A stretch of DNA of 64,000 bases. Origin: Camelus ferus. Lineage: Eukaryota. The notes below the pieces were generated by a model. It saw only the letters and a list, made by a program, of their open reading frames with translations. It was not told the DNA's origin and made no database searches. Shown here piece by piece: positions 36,150 to 49,880 of the stretch. Every line of letters begins with the position of its first letter. The stretch's first letter is position 1. The stretch spans positions 58,034,001 to 58,098,000 of the forward strand of contig NC_045697.1 in assembly GCF_009834535.1 (NCBI RefSeq), read 5' to 3'. The position numbers were made by a program, and so were the translations under genes.

Positions 36150-38090
36150 TCCCACATCTGAAGGTCATGGAGTTAACTAAAACTTCAGAAAAAACCCACA
36201 GACTTTTTAGACTGAGGTATCACAAGACAAAGTTTGGGGCTTCCAGACTGCTGGGATTTGAAGGAAAAGACGAGCTGAAAGAGAAGGACACAAGGAGGGG
36301 AAGCCCCAAAGCTTGTATATAAATCTATGCAGGCATGAGGAAGACTTTAAGAAGCCCAGCAGAATGCAGTATGTTGCTAACAGCACAAGGAAAACAAAAT
36401 TTGGTACATTTTAGATTTTTGTAAACATATTGGGTTTTCTCACGAAATCTAAGAGTGGCCATGCCTTTTTCTCAGGTCTAAGAAGTTCACTTTGGGACTA
36501 AAGGCAAAACAAATACAGACCTGCGCTAAGAAATCATACAACAAAGTCTTCAAGATTTCAAGTTAATCATCTAGAACACAAAATTTTAAGAGGGAGATAA
36601 CAGGAACCAATGTCTTTGAATTATCCAGATTCCAGTAAAAAATTAATAAACTTGCACGGGAAAATCGAATCTGTAGCCAGGAGAAGCAGCACATAGAAAC
36701 AGAGCTAGATAGCACAGAGATTAGATTAATAAGGACTTTAAAGCAGCTAACATAAAATGTTCAAGGAATTAAAGTAAAATCTGGTGATAATAATGCAACT
36801 GATATATCAACAGATAAATGGGAACTATAAAAAGAAACTAATGAAGTTCTAGGACAGGAAGTACAATAACTGATTGTAAATATTTATAGGCTTCAGAGAA
36901 TACTGAACTTTGCAAATAGAAAATGTAAAGATAGTAGAAGGGAATTTATCTAATATACCAAGAAGAAAGATACAAAATTGAAAAAACTAAAGCAAATGTA
37001 AGTAATTATGAATCCATTAGAGGAGAAAGAATTGAAAATAAAAAATAATGAAACTTGAAGAAATATTCAAAAAGTATGTAACTTATAGATCCAAGAAGCT
37101 CAGAGAATTCCAATCTTTATAAATATGCATAAACCCACATTTAGTCACATCACAGTCAAACTGCAGAAAACCAAATATGAGAAAAAATTTTAAAGATGCC
37201 AAAAACAAGAAGAAGAAGATAACTTTATACACAAGGGAGCATTGATAGTAATGCTTGTTAAATTCTGATCATAGTATGTAATATGAAAGAAAAAAGACAA
37301 CGGTCTGGTAAATTAATGTGGTGAAAGAACATATACAAATATTAACCTACAATTATCTATCCAGTTTAAATATGCTTCAAAAATGGAGAAAAAATTAAGC
37401 TATTTTAAGGTAAACTGATGCTGACAGAATCTATCGTCATAAAACTTGAACTACAAAGACTTCTAAATGAAGTTCTTAAGACTGAATGGAAATGCTATAA
37501 AATGGAATCTCAGCTCTACAAGGACAATGAAAAACATAAGACATAGAAAATATACAGATAGTTATATAAAATATAAAAAGACTATCTTAATTTTATCCCC
37601 TTTATTTCTTAAAAAAACAAACAGTCTAAAATTATAACATCCTAATACGGGGTTTTTCATATTTGTGTGTGTGTGTATAAGTAGTATCACAAGGGCTGGA
37701 GATTTGCATGAATCTTGTATTTTACATTTATTTTATGTTAACTCTGAGAAGACAGTAATAAATTATGAATATGTATTATGATCCCTAGAACACCATTAAA
37801 TATACAGAAACTAAAATTAAAAGGCAATAGAGAAATTTAAATAGACTGAAAATAATATTTGACTACCACATAAAAGGCAGAAAAGGAGGAACAGAAAACA
37901 GGAGAAATATAAAAGAAATATATAGTGGCAGCTAAAAGCAACCATGAAATAATAATACATTTAAATGAATCAAACAAAAGGCAGAGTTTGTCAGAATGAA
38001 AAAGAATTGGAAAAGGAAAAATGATTATTTATAGGTTATTTGTGTTTAATAGAAAGATACAATTGATTAAAAGTAAAGGGCAAAAGGAAA
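36150..38090 (+). mobile_element. Old L1 (L1ME/HAL1-like) 5' region and ORF1
   Basis: gatccaagaagctcagagaattcca...cacatcacagtcaaactgcagaaaaccaaa is the L1 ORF1 signature; A-rich strand bias throughout. Confidence 0.75.
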
Positions 38091-38091
38091 A

Positions 38092-38170
38092 TATATGTGT
38101 AACTGAATCCTTAAGCTGTACACCAGAAATTGACACAACATTGTAAAATGACTATACTTCAATAAAAAAA
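38092..38170 (+). mobile_element. Extreme 3' tip of a young L1
   Basis: gctgtacaccagaaattgacacaacattgtaaaatgactatacttcaataaaaaaa, the same 3' end as the L1s ending near 4560, 16720, 44280 and 46355. Confidence 0.8.
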
Positions 38171-38249
38171 TATTTAATGAATTGTATACTGAAGATTTAT
38201 TCATTTCACTGCATGTAAATTTTACCTCAATGGAATAAAATCAAACGAA

Positions 38250-38430
38250 CTAATGTGTGTCAGACACAGTTACACACATAATACAAGATTTCATTTATTA
38301 TCTGCATTCATAATATGAGTTAGATATCATTTTTTTAATATGATGGAACTTGTTTTAAGAGATTAAATGATTCATTCAAGGTTACAGAATGAGTTAGTGG
38401 CAGAATCAGTATTCAAATACAATTTGGTAT
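38250..38430 (-). mobile_element. MIR fragment
   Basis: gagattaaatgattcattcaaggttacag...agtggcagaatcagtattcaaatac. Confidence 0.65.
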
Positions 38431-39848
38431 TTATTCTATTATAACATATTCTAATAAAAAAGATCCTATGTAACACAAGAATTATAATCTTTCTTATAAA
38501 ATCATACGTTACTAATTTTTGGTTATGCTTTTCTATATTTGTTTTTTTCATTAATGATCATTTTTCTGTAAATCACCTAGAAGCTATATGCTCAAAGTTT
38601 TGAGTCTTGAGAGTAAGGCCATTGTCAGGAGATCTTTCTTTCTTTCTTAGAAGTGGAAAAGTTAAGACAGCTGAGATAAATTTCTCAGTGACCATTAATA
38701 TGTGAAGCACTCCAAGAATTACAAACAAGACATATTAAACACTATGTTAATTGGATAGAAATTAATCACATTTCAAGATAAGTTCTACACAGATAATACA
38801 TTCTAACATAACCATTATATCAATATGTTAATAAAATTGTCTTTCTGTGAGGACTTATGGTATTTCTTTCTTTCTTTCTTCCATATTCCTATTTCTTTAA
38901 TTGACAAAAATTTCTTTCTTCAAAGGATAATGTATTTTTAATGTGATTCATAATTATTAAGTAATTAAGTGATTAAGAAGTTTAAAACTGAAGTCCTTGC
39001 CTTGTTTGAGGTTCACCTCCTGGGAGACAACTAAAAATTAACGGGAGTGATCAACCAAATTTCTGAAAACTGTCTCCCAGAGGGAATTTTCTACAGGCTT
39101 GAATAGCAAAGAATTGACAGTCCTGGATTTAACAAATTTTAAAATGTAATAAAATACACAGCAGTTAAAGTGTACAGAACCAGCCTTATTGACTCAGAAA
39201 GCTTCTGAGAATCTTGCAATATGTTATTGTCAATCAGCATTGTGAACATTGTGATTATTGTTGTCTATTGCAGACTAATAAACTGGTCAATTAAACTTTC
39301 AATTGGTTTGAATTCTAAAGTCTGTTATGTTTATAGAAGCCTTAAATTTTAACTCCATTGATAATATTCTTGCTTTGCACTTACCAGCACCTTATATATA
39401 TTTTAGCTTATAGTAATTTATATTTTCTGAATTTATTGCATTATTTTTGACACCTATCACCAATTTAGTATTTATTCAATCACTTATTCATTCACTTCAT
39501 CTATTCTCAGATGATGCCATTATTTTTATTTCACTGAAAAAGAACAGAGATCTTCTTCCTCATGCCAAACACCAAATCAGTCAATGAACATATTTTAGTG
39601 CCCACATAGTCTATCATTACTCCTGATGTAATCAGCAATCACCCCCAGGTAGGACTTAGGTCCTAAGAACAAACTCAAGGATGTTGCGCATACATTAAGC
39701 AGTCTACTTTATCATTGTCTTTGCCTGCACATCTGGATCAGAGCTTAAAGATAAACCCTGCTTTAACATCTTCCATATTAAAATCAACCAACCAACTCTC
39801 CCTTGATCTCCTCCTTCTGCAGATACTGCTCTTTCCTTCCTGTCTCAC

Positions 39849-40205
39849 TGTTATAGACTGAATGTTTGTGTCCCCCCAAAATTTGTATGTTGAAATCTAA
39901 TCCCCAGTGTGATCATATTAGGAGATATGGGGGGGCCTGAAGGCTGACTGAATTGTGAGGCCCTCATGATGGGATTAGTGTCCTTTTAAAAAGAGAGCAA
40001 AAAAGCTCTCTTGCCTCTTTCTGTCATATGATAAAACAAAAATTTGGTAGTCTACAACTAGGAAAGAATTCTTACCAGAATTTGACCATCCTGGTACCCT
40101 GATCTCAGACTTTTAGCCTCCAAAACTGTGAGAAATATATTTCTGTTGTGTATAAGCCACCTAGTCCATGATTCTTTGTTATAGTAGCCAGAATCCGCCA
40201 AGACA
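39849..40205 (+). mobile_element. MLT1A-like MaLR solo LTR inserted into an L2
   Basis: Starts tgttatagactgaatgtttgtgtcccccc, ends ttgttatagtagcc...ccaagaca; imperfect 5-bp TSD ctcac/ctctc; flanked by plus-strand L2 (~39500-40560). Confidence 0.85.
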
Positions 40206-42189
40206 CTCTCCTCACAATAAAATCTTCAAAAGAGTTGTCAGTACTCCTTGTTTCTACTTTCTGATCTTCGATTCTCTCTTGCACTCTCTCCAGTCATCAC
40301 CTGCCACCTTAACTTCTTTGTTGTCAAGGTCACCAGTAACTTTCTCTGTGTTAAGTCCCACAGTCAATCCTCAGTGCCCACTGTACCAGGCCTATCAACA
40401 CCACTGGATAAGTTTATCATTTCCTCTTTCTTAAACTATTTCTTCACTTGTCCTCTGGAATACCAGTCTTTTTGCTTCTCCTTCTTTGTTTCTCTTCTGT
40501 GTTGTTCTCAGCTGTATCCACAATGTGTAGGATTGTGATTGCAATGAGTAGTCATGCATTAATACTTCTTGAGTGAATAAATTCAAGAATATTTGTGTTT
40601 TAAAGCCACTCTTGCTCTTCAGCTAGAAGTAATCATAGACTAGAGCCAAATATAAGCATTAAGAAATGTATGCCAATCATCTATCTCTTCTAATAATAGT
40701 ATAACATGAGAGAAAATGTTTCTATAAAATTCATAAATACAGCCTAATGACAATCGCTGGGCAATTTTTCTGTATGATGTTAAACCACAAGATTTTTTAC
40801 AGTTTAATTTTAGTATTGTCTTTCTAATCAGAGTATAATTAACCTTGTTTTGCATTTGTGTATAGTCTTAATTTTATATTTATCTACATTGTGTATATAA
40901 ATTCCACAAATATATATTTTCTTCTACATACAAGATTTTCTGTGCAAATTACGTGCTTGTCAAAAGCCTTCTCAAATTAAATGGTGAGAAATGACAGCTA
41001 CATAGAAAATTTCTGTTTTAAGACCACTATAAAACTTAAATTTTTCATTTAAAAGAAACAATAACAAACAAAAATTAAAATGTGCTTATTGTGCAAGAAT
41101 GATTAGTTTCTTTAACATGATCTCTAGAGGCACAGCAGGGTCTCTGTAAAATAAGAACAAGTAGAGCAGGAAAACACAAAATTACTACATAATTTGGCAC
41201 ATACGTTTATAATTTTTCTTTGGTTAAAATAGTTTATTATAACTGAGGAGATTATTCCAACCAATGGAGGCATTACCACCTGAGAAGTCACGAGATTAAA
41301 AAGGAGATACCGTTACTATTTTTTTCAGAACAGAGATACTTGAAGTGTGCTCAAGTAGCATAATTATATTATTCAGGGCTGGCTCACTGCTTTATCAAAC
41401 TGAGTCTCCTTTAGGTGAAAAAAACCATCATATAATGATTAGCAGACAGATGTGATTTAATAAATATTTGAGAATAAAAGCACTGCACAATTTTAATGGA
41501 TCTGTAATTGTAATTCCCAAGTATCTTTCCTTCCTCAACTAATTGGGTAATGACATTGCTAGAATTAATCCAAGGTCATCAGCATGCACATAGTGCAGAT
41601 GGTTTCTCCACTTTACGGGCAGACAGGGGATTCGAGATTACTGTTGCCTGCTGCTTTTCAAACTAATTTTTATTCTTAAAAATCCACATTTTCACTGCAG
41701 CTGAACAGATAAGCCATATGCTACTTTGTGAATACTTTAAAATATCTGGTGCATGCAATTATTACACTAAAACCAGCAATGCATTAGTACTTTTCAATTT
41801 TGTTGTAAAGAAAACACACAGTACTATGCTTGTGTGTTTTTCATTTTGTTTTTCCCTCTATGTACCAAGCTTTAGTTAAATTATGGTTTCAGTGAGAATT
41901 TTAACCTAAAATATGTTGGTTCACTGATCTGTTTCCTCATATGTAATATATCCCAGCCTAGTTCAGAACTTGCCAAATGCTATCTGACATACTATGTTAA
42001 TCCATGTAGCTACTAGAAAGTTTGGCCTTGAAATATTTTTCAAACTTTCCCTATAGTAACTGTGATAAATAGGAATGAGATATTTCTGTACTTTTGTCAG
42101 AATTCTGACATGCCATTGGCAGATATGACCATTTGGGGTTTTATGAAGTCTCATTTATGTAGTGTAATGGGTAAAATGTCTTTATTAAA

Positions 42190-42400
42190 AATAGTAATAG
42201 CAATAGTACTTATTTGTTAATATTTAACAGTCATTAAAGTGTGGGCATATTAAATATCTTTTACAACACAACCTGAGATCAGAGGCAGATGTATCATTAT
42301 TTTGCATATGAAAAACTCAGAGATCTTAAATGATTTACTCAAGGTCCCATAGCCAATAAGTAAAAAAAAACAAGGTTAGAACCTGCTGCTTCTTTAGTCT
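42190..42400 (-). mobile_element. MIR SINE
   Basis: cattattttgcatatgaaaaactcagag...ttaaatgatttactcaaggtcccatagcc. Confidence 0.7.
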
Positions 42401-42513
42401 TCCTAGAGCTTGTTCTGCCCTAGTGGGTAAGTCCAGGGTCCTGTCTTTATCATTTTCCTCTGACCCTATTCATAGGTTAGGAAATAGCCATGTAAAGACA
42501 GGCAAGATTAATC

Positions 42514-42582
42514 TATATTAGTCAGGGTTCTCCAGAGAAATAGAACCAGAAAGATATAGATGATAGATGACAGATGATGATA

Positions 42583-42614
<32 letters not shown>

Positions 42615-43174
42615 AGATAGACAGACAGACAGACAGATAGACAGACAGACATATAAGACATATCGGTAAGACAGAAAGAGATTTATTAAAAGGAATTGGC
42701 TCATGCAATTGTAGATGAAGGCAAGTTCCCAGATCTACAAGGGCGAGTCAGCAAGCTGGAGACACAGGAGAGCCAATAGCTTACTTGCAATATAAGTCCA
42801 AAGCCCCAAGAACCAGGAAATCTGATCATGTATTTCCCGATAAAAGGCCAGCAGGTTTGAGACCCAGAAAGAGCCAATGCTTCAGTTCAAGTCTGAAGAC
42901 AAGAAAAAGGTCAATGTTCCCATTCAAAGGTAGTCAGGAAGGACAAATCCTTCCTTTCTTGGGGGAAGGGTTAGCCTATTTGTTCCATTTAGGACTTAAA
43001 CTGATTGAATGAGGCCTACTCATGCTAGGGAGAGAAGCTGCTTTACTCAGTTCACTGATTTAAACATAAATCTCATCCAAATTCACCCTCACAGAAACAT
43101 TCAAAATAATATTTGGCCAAATATCTGGACACCTCACAGCCCAGTCAAGTTGACATATAAAATTAACCATCACA
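42514..43174 (-). mobile_element. MLT2 (ERVL) solo LTR with internal (GAT)n/(GACA)n microsatellite (~42556-42650)
   Basis: tattagtcagggttctccagagaaa...ggaattggctcatgcaatt...ccagtcaagttgacatataaaattaaccatcaca. Confidence 0.9.
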
Positions 43175-44077
43175 AAAACAAACTAAATTTTTGCTTTAAT
43201 TTTATTTTTTCTATATAGTTTTCCTAATTCATAAGCTCTGTTAAAATTAATCTCCATAAATCATGTTCTAAGTAGATACATAAATATATTTACATATATA
43301 TGATATATATGTATGTATGTGCATATATATATATGTGTCCAAAAGTCATCACTATAGTGAAACAAAAAACCTAAAAATTTATATCAGACTCTGTAAAGGG
43401 TCTGAGGAGTATCATCCAAATAACTGATCCTCTTTACTCCAAGGAGGAATCTATCCTAAGACTTGAATGTAAAGATACAGTGTGAACTGAGCTGGACACT
43501 GGAAGATAGGTTATAATCAGTTAAATTAAATGGACCAAAAAAAGACTATTCCAAGCCTAGGGAAGCCTGAATGAAGTGAAAGGAACACATCTGGTGAACA
43601 ATTTTTGCAAAACATGCTGGAGACTAACAAGGATCAAATAAGAGAGATAAATTAGAAGGATTATGGATAATATCAAATACCTCAAATAGGCAGGAATTTA
43701 TCCACATAAATATGGAATCAACTGATGACTTTGAGCCAAGAGATAATACAATGAAAGTCAGGTTTCTGAAAATTTTTCTTGAGGTGATAAATGAAATACA
43801 CTCAAAATGAAGGCAGAGACAAAAAGGAAAACATGAAAATTCAGAATCCTCGGCACAAATTTATGAGTGTATATAACAGAGTAGCAGAAGAAGGATAAGA
43901 AAAGGAAACAAAAACATTACTAAGGAAAACTAAAAATAAACCAGTTTGAATATGTAAAAGAGGAAAATTGAATTCTATGTCAAGATTTCAAGATAAGATA
44001 GCCCAGGAATGATATCTCTCATAGAAATTAAGAACTAAGGACCAAGGGTTTACAACATGTATAAGAACAATTAAAAA

Positions 44078-44310
44078 CCAGAGATTTGCAAATACTAACT
44101 ACTATACATAAAATAGATAAAACCCAAATTTCTTCTGTGTAGCATAGGAAACTATATTCAATATCTTGTAGTAACCTATAATGAAAAAGAATATGAAAAC
44201 GAATATATGTCTGTGTGTGACTGAAACATTATGGTATACACCAGAAACTGACACATTGTACTGACTATACTTTAATTAAAAAGGGCTCAAAAAGCCAAAA
44301 AAAAAAAAAA
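44078..44310 (+). mobile_element. Short young L1 3' UTR insertion with poly(A)
   Basis: gagatttgcaaatactaactactatac...ctgacacattgtactgactatactttaattaaa; closely similar to 4360-4560 and 16510-16720. Confidence 0.9.
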
Positions 44311-45706
44311 TGAAGAAAGGGAAGAAAAAGGGTTCATAAAAAATAATCAAATTGGAACATTTACTTAGAGATCTAAAGAGGACTACGTGTCAAATAGAGT
44401 AGATGTTCCAGAGGGAATAAATAACAACAGACTTACACACACATAGATGACAGATGAACCTGTAGTTCCAACAGGGAGATAACTGGTGGAACTGTTTGTA
44501 GCCCTTATACTAGATGAACATTCCATACAGTAATCAATTGCAGAGGAAAACACTGTCACTGAATTCTAATTGCTTTCACTACTTAATCTCTCTGTGGAGA
44601 TAATTATTAGTTATGGAGTGTTGATGTAGATGGCAGTCAGCCTGTTTGCCACAAACTCATTTGCATGGAAAAGCACACATCAGTTAGACCCCTGTCAAAA
44701 TAATTAGCTAAGCATGAGATAAGGCCTTTTAGATTTTAGAACATTACAAGCATTAACTCTTTTTTTTTAAACATATGAAACCAGGTTGACACGTTTTACA
44801 GAAATAATAAGCATGGTACATAATTGTACATTTTTCATGTTACTTTTTCCTTGGTTTTCCTTATGTACTTAATAAAGTATCTAATTTGGTAAAATAAAAC
44901 ATTAGCAGCTGGTAATCACTGAGATAATGAGAAATGGAATTTCTTCTTACTGTTCTCATCCCTCTTATTCTATGTTAGGCATTATGAAATTGAAATAAAA
45001 TCCATTTCAATTCAAAGAGCTCTTTTCTCTTACTGTAGAGCTTGATAAACAGCATTACTGAATTCAGGGCAATCATAATTTAATCACCACGTATCTGTCA
45101 TCTAACACAAGGTTCACAAGAATATATTCTTTCCTATTCTTATATGAAGCAAAACCCAAGGTTGAAGTGTGCTTGAAAACAACTTGTTACTAAGGGCATT
45201 CTCTCCTTGCTCCTCCTCGTGACCATGAAAAGGGAAAACATCAGGGCTAATACTTCTGGAAGATGTGATTTGTTGATTTATAAATAAGTTTATTTTACAT
45301 ATATTGAGCCTGCCTCTTTCAGTGAATTTACTGTCCACTATTAAAAATTTGAAAACCATTAAGTTGATATTAGTCCCTTTTATTACTTATCTTTTAGATT
45401 AAGACATTTAATGAAATGATGGTCATTTTGGTAAATTAACTCCTCTAATTTCCATGTCCTCAGGCTATTTCAAACATTGAACAAACTTTTCAGTACTTAA
45501 AATACTACATTTTGTGGATATGGAAATGAATGAGAAGCATCACCTGTACTCAAGTCTTCTCCACAGTGGCTAAAACATTTACAGTTATTGCTCTATTAAT
45601 TAAAAAAAATTGAAGGTCACTTCACATACAAGTGCTTGTCTTTCTTATCTACTTTATATTAGTCAAAATTGATCCCAAGCACTCAAACATTATATTCTTC
45701 TAATTC

Positions 45707-45898
45707 AAGGTGTCCCAACTTCATCACTATTGACATTTAAGTGCAGATAATCCTCTGTTGTGGGGCAGTCCTCTGCATTGTAGTATGTTTAGAAGCACCC
45801 TTAGTCTCTGCTCACTAGATGTTAGTAACATACCCCTACAGGTGACAGTGAACACTGTGTCCGGATATTGCCAAATTGTCCCTGGTTGAGAAGCACTT
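45707..45898. mobile_element. MER20 hAT-Charlie MITE
   Basis: cactattgacattt...gataatcctctgttgtgggg...gtcctctgcattgtag...cactagatg...gatattgccaaat...ctggttgagaagcact. Confidence 0.85.
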
Positions 45899-45936
45899 CT
45901 CTCATTGTAGAGGAGGACAACAACATTTAAAAGGCA

Positions 45937-46368
45937 TGGATGGACCTAGAGATTATCATACTAAGTAAAGTAAGTCAGAAAGAGAAAGACAAATACCATA
46001 TGGTATCACTTATATGTGGAATCTAAAATATGATACAAATGAACTTGTCTACAAAACAGAAACAGACTCACAGACATAGAAAGAAACTTATGGTTACTAA
46101 GGGGAAAGGGAGGGAGGGAGGGATAAATTAGGAGTTTGGGATTAGCAGATACAAACTATTATATACAACTAGGTCCTGCTGTCTATAGCACAGGGAACTA
46201 TATTCAGTATCGTGTATGAAACCATACTGGAAAAGAATATGAAAAAGAATATACATATATTTTATATATATATATATATATACACACACATAACTGAGTC
46301 ACTTTGCTGTACACCTGAAACTAACACAACATTGTAAATAAACTATACTTCAATTAAAAAATGTTTTA
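45937..46368 (+). mobile_element. L1 3' end (cetartiodactyl-type), possible TSD aaaaggca
   Basis: tggatggacctagagattatcatactaag...gctgtacacctgaaactaacacaacattgtaaataaactatacttcaattaaaaaa; aaaaggca at 45929-45936 and 46369-46376. Confidence 0.9.
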
Positions 46369-46600
46369 AAAAGGCAATCAGAGGGAAGGGAGTTCACACA
46401 GAAAAGACCTAAGAAATAGAAGGAAAAACAGAAGAAAGCCTGAGAAATCAAGAGAGGGAAGAATTCATGAAGGAATCTGATCAGTGGTGTCACATGCTAT
46501 GCCCAGTAATAAAGATAAGGTCCTAGAATGGAGCTTAAAGAGAGCACTTCAGGAGTGATTTTTATGTGTTGACCTTTACCATACGGCATCCTCCTCTAGC

Positions 46601-46765
46601 CCAGGAGTTCTTAAGTGGCCATGCACATCTGTGTCACCTAGACATCTCAAGCTCCAGAGATTCAAATTCATCATCATGGAATGTACTGGGTTATATGTAT
46701 ATATTTTGGAAAAAGAAATTTACCTGAGAGATCCCAGCATGTATCCTAATTAACAGCTAATTCTC
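46601..46765. mobile_element. MER5-like hAT fragment
   Basis: ccaggagttcttaa...tcacct...ccagagattcaaattc. Confidence 0.45.
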
Positions 46766-46819
46766 TAATCCCATTTTCTGTTTCCTTTTTCCCTCTGTAA
46801 TTTCCCCCCTATCTTTAGC

Positions 46820-46980
46820 AGTGTGAGATAGTATAAAGAATACTGAACTCAGCTGTTCTGGTCAGAGTTCTTAGTTCCCAATTTGACACTAAGTAAATGT
46901 GTTTACTGGAAAAACTCCCTTAAACTCTCAGCCTCAGTTTAATCACCTGTAAAATTGGGTTGGACAGTCTCTCTAACACT
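46820..46980 (+). mobile_element. MIR SINE
   Basis: cttaaactctcagcctcagtttaatcacctgtaaaattggg. Confidence 0.75.
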
Positions 46981-47755
46981 AATCTTCTACATATAATCTG
47001 ATAAAACAACCACAGTAAACAGATTCTTGGTGGAAATATTAGCTGATCCATTCCAATCAGATACAAATATTATGAAAATAGAGAAGTAAACTACAGACTA
47101 CAGAGTAGATTATACTCCAAAATGTGATACAATCGTCACATAGTAACTTGTAATGATATTTCAAATTATAATATATGCAGACAGCTGGAAAAAACAAACT
47201 AGTATATAATATACTAGATGTCCAAATAGAAAAAATTAATTCCCAAAACAACATTCTGAGTGACTGTACATTTCTATGTTCTGAAGAATGAATTTTGACA
47301 TATTTGCATATATTACAGGTTTTTTTCTACCAATGAGATTACTCTGTACATTTAGTTTGGAAATTTTGTTTTTCCTGTACATTCACTGCAACTCCTTTAT
47401 CATTATGAAAGTTGTCATCTCTGAACACCCACCACCAATGTCACAACAACTACTTCTCAAGCATGGGAGGTGGAGAAGAGGCAACCCAAGTTGCAGTTTG
47501 TGGATTGGTGCATCTGCTGGAACATCCACCACAGCCACAGTTTCAACCTGAACACAGGGGAATGGATGCAGGAATGCTGGTGCCAGACATCTACAGACCT
47601 TCAAACCTTGTTTCCAACAGCCAAGCACCTCAGGAAAAAGTGTTCTGCCTTATTGTCACTTTTCAGAACTCACACAAGTGCATCTTATTTGCTGAAACTA
47701 ATTTCTTTCAGCCGAAAGATATCTCAATTAGTTTTTGAACATCCCCCAAAAGAAG

Positions 47756-48297
47756 TAATAGGTAGTTAGGTAGGTGGGGGCACCGGGCAGATAAGGTGGA
47801 GAAGAGGGAGGATGGTCTGGAAGATGGCAGTATGCCTGCCTTCAGCATAAGGGGGCTTTACTTCCTCTAAATGCATACCATCAAGTAACCAATCAGCACC
47901 CAACAGCCACAAAGGTAGTGACAAGGATCTAATCAGACATAATCATATTACAATGCTCATTGTAATATAATTAGCATTGAGGTTTAGGCCCATGGGTTTT
48001 CCTGTGTGCATCATGGGTAAGGAGATTTGTAAAAGGGAATGAGCATGACTAAGCACTCCAGGAGCAAAAGCCATCAATCAATCAAGAGATTACCTCTAAG
48101 TAAGGGTATAAGAGAAGGGGCAAACAAAGACTATTGCTGTCCACCCTTGAATCAGTCCATCTCCCATTCTTGGAGGTATACTTTCTCTTTGCAATAAAAC
48201 CCTTAAAATATTTTGCTACACAATGCTTCAGTCTCCCATCTGAATTCTTATCTTTTGAGTAACATGAGAACTTTTCCCTTCCACTTTTGGGGTAACA
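47756..48297 (+). mobile_element. ERV1-class solo LTR (copy A)
   Basis: Ends ...ggggtaaca; TATA-like tataag (~48107) and aataaa (~48193); 4-bp TSD gaag at 47752-47755 and 48298-48301. Confidence 0.8.
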
Positions 48298-48569
48298 GAA
48301 GCAGAGCAGAATAATATTTGACAGAATTTGAAGAATGCCCCACAGTGTATTTCTGAATTTTTCTCCTCAAATGGAGTAACAAGAGCAGCAGTAATCTCTT
48401 TGAGTTGGTGATCTTTATTCTTGGCCATGATGGTATTATCAGCAAAGAACTTGAGCTATCTTAAAGGTTTAATGGATGTTGATGTGATCGATGTGACCAT
48501 TAAGTAAGTAATCATAAAAATAGCTGATGTAAACTGAAGCAGGAAAAATTTATTAGTTAAACGTTCAAA

Positions 48570-48790
48570 CCCTGGAGTAAAGCTTCTGGACTAAAATTTT
48601 AGCTGTACCATTTAGCTAACTATAGGACTATGGGAAAGTTACATAAATTTCCTGTTCCTCAGAGATTTTTTTGTATGTGAAATAAGAGCTATAATATTAC
48701 CTGCTTCATATTATTTTGAGGATTAAAAAAGAAAATCTGTGGAAGGCATCTAACTCAATGATTGCCACTTGGTATAAATAGTACTAATTA
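48570..48790 (+). mobile_element. MIR SINE
   Basis: gactatgggaaagttacataaatttcctgttcctcag...ttacctgcttcatattattttgaggattaaa. Confidence 0.75.
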
Positions 48791-49394
48791 AATCAAACTG
48801 TATTTATCAGACCTATCAAGACCATCCTGAAAGAATTTTTAAAATTATTATGGTATCCACCCATCCATATTATCTCCAATTTGTCTATAGGTAATTGGTC
48901 AAATGTTATGTACAAATATTTTTTCTCAGACTATTTCGTGGTTACAATGGTGGCCATATTTTACAGCCTGAAATTAACTCTATTTTATTATGTAATAGCA
49001 TCTTTGGGAGGAAAAGCTGATTATCCAAAAAGATGGCCTGAATTTTTTTGATCAAACTTATAGATCTATAGATATCGCTATAGTCATTTACTTCATTCTG
49101 TAGTACTTAATTTGAATTTCTAAAACATAATTTAAACTGTTTAATGATTTCTTGACCTCCTGAAAAGGGGCATTTTTCCCCAACTACTAGCTCCCTAATG
49201 TGATATAGAGATAATGAGAAATTCCTCGGATGGAGGTAAGTATGTAATGTAAGTTATAAATAAATATCAGTTTCCTTTATTTACACAGTTCCACAAGGGC
49301 TTGAGCAATGTTGTCTTCACCTTAGAATGAATAAGAACAGTAGGTAAACAATGTGATATGGTAAAAAGAGCATGAGTTTGAAGTTAGGTTCATA

Positions 49395-49880
49395 TACTAG
49401 GTCTAAAAATGCCCACAAATTCCTCCCTTTCCCACATGCATGCCCCTTGGCAATATGACGTTGCCTTTCTTCCTATTAAGAAGTTGAGAAATGTTCTCCA
49501 TTTAAGCTTAACCATATAACTTGCTTTACTCGATGGAACATTAAACAATACAATGTAGAGTCATAAAAAGTGTTTGAGTAGTGAGTGGTTGCCATCTCTT
49601 GGTATTAAAATCCCTCCACCACGTGAACAAGCTAAGGCTAACTTCCTGAATGATGGAAAACAACATGGAGAGAGGTCCCAAGCTTTCCCAGACACTCCAC
49701 CCATCCCAAATCTGTGAATGAGGCCTCCTAGACTATTCAATCTCTTCCTAATCAAACTGATCCAGACTGAAAGAACTGTCCAGACAACATACAGAATTAT
49801 AAGAAAAAATGAAAATGTACTGCTTTAAGCCATGTACTTTGGCATCCATTTGGTGAACAGAAAAAAAAAAAAACTGAAAA
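49395..49880 (+). mobile_element. MaLR LTR (MLT1H-like) inserted into a MIR (~49350-50080)
   Basis: aaaatgcccacaaattcctccc...gccccttggcaatatgac...aacttgcttt...gaactgtccag...tgctttaagcca. Confidence 0.75.

Noticed and set aside
42508..42708. Poly-His / poly-Ile ORFs
   Set aside because: (GAT)n microsatellite inside an MLT2 LTR.
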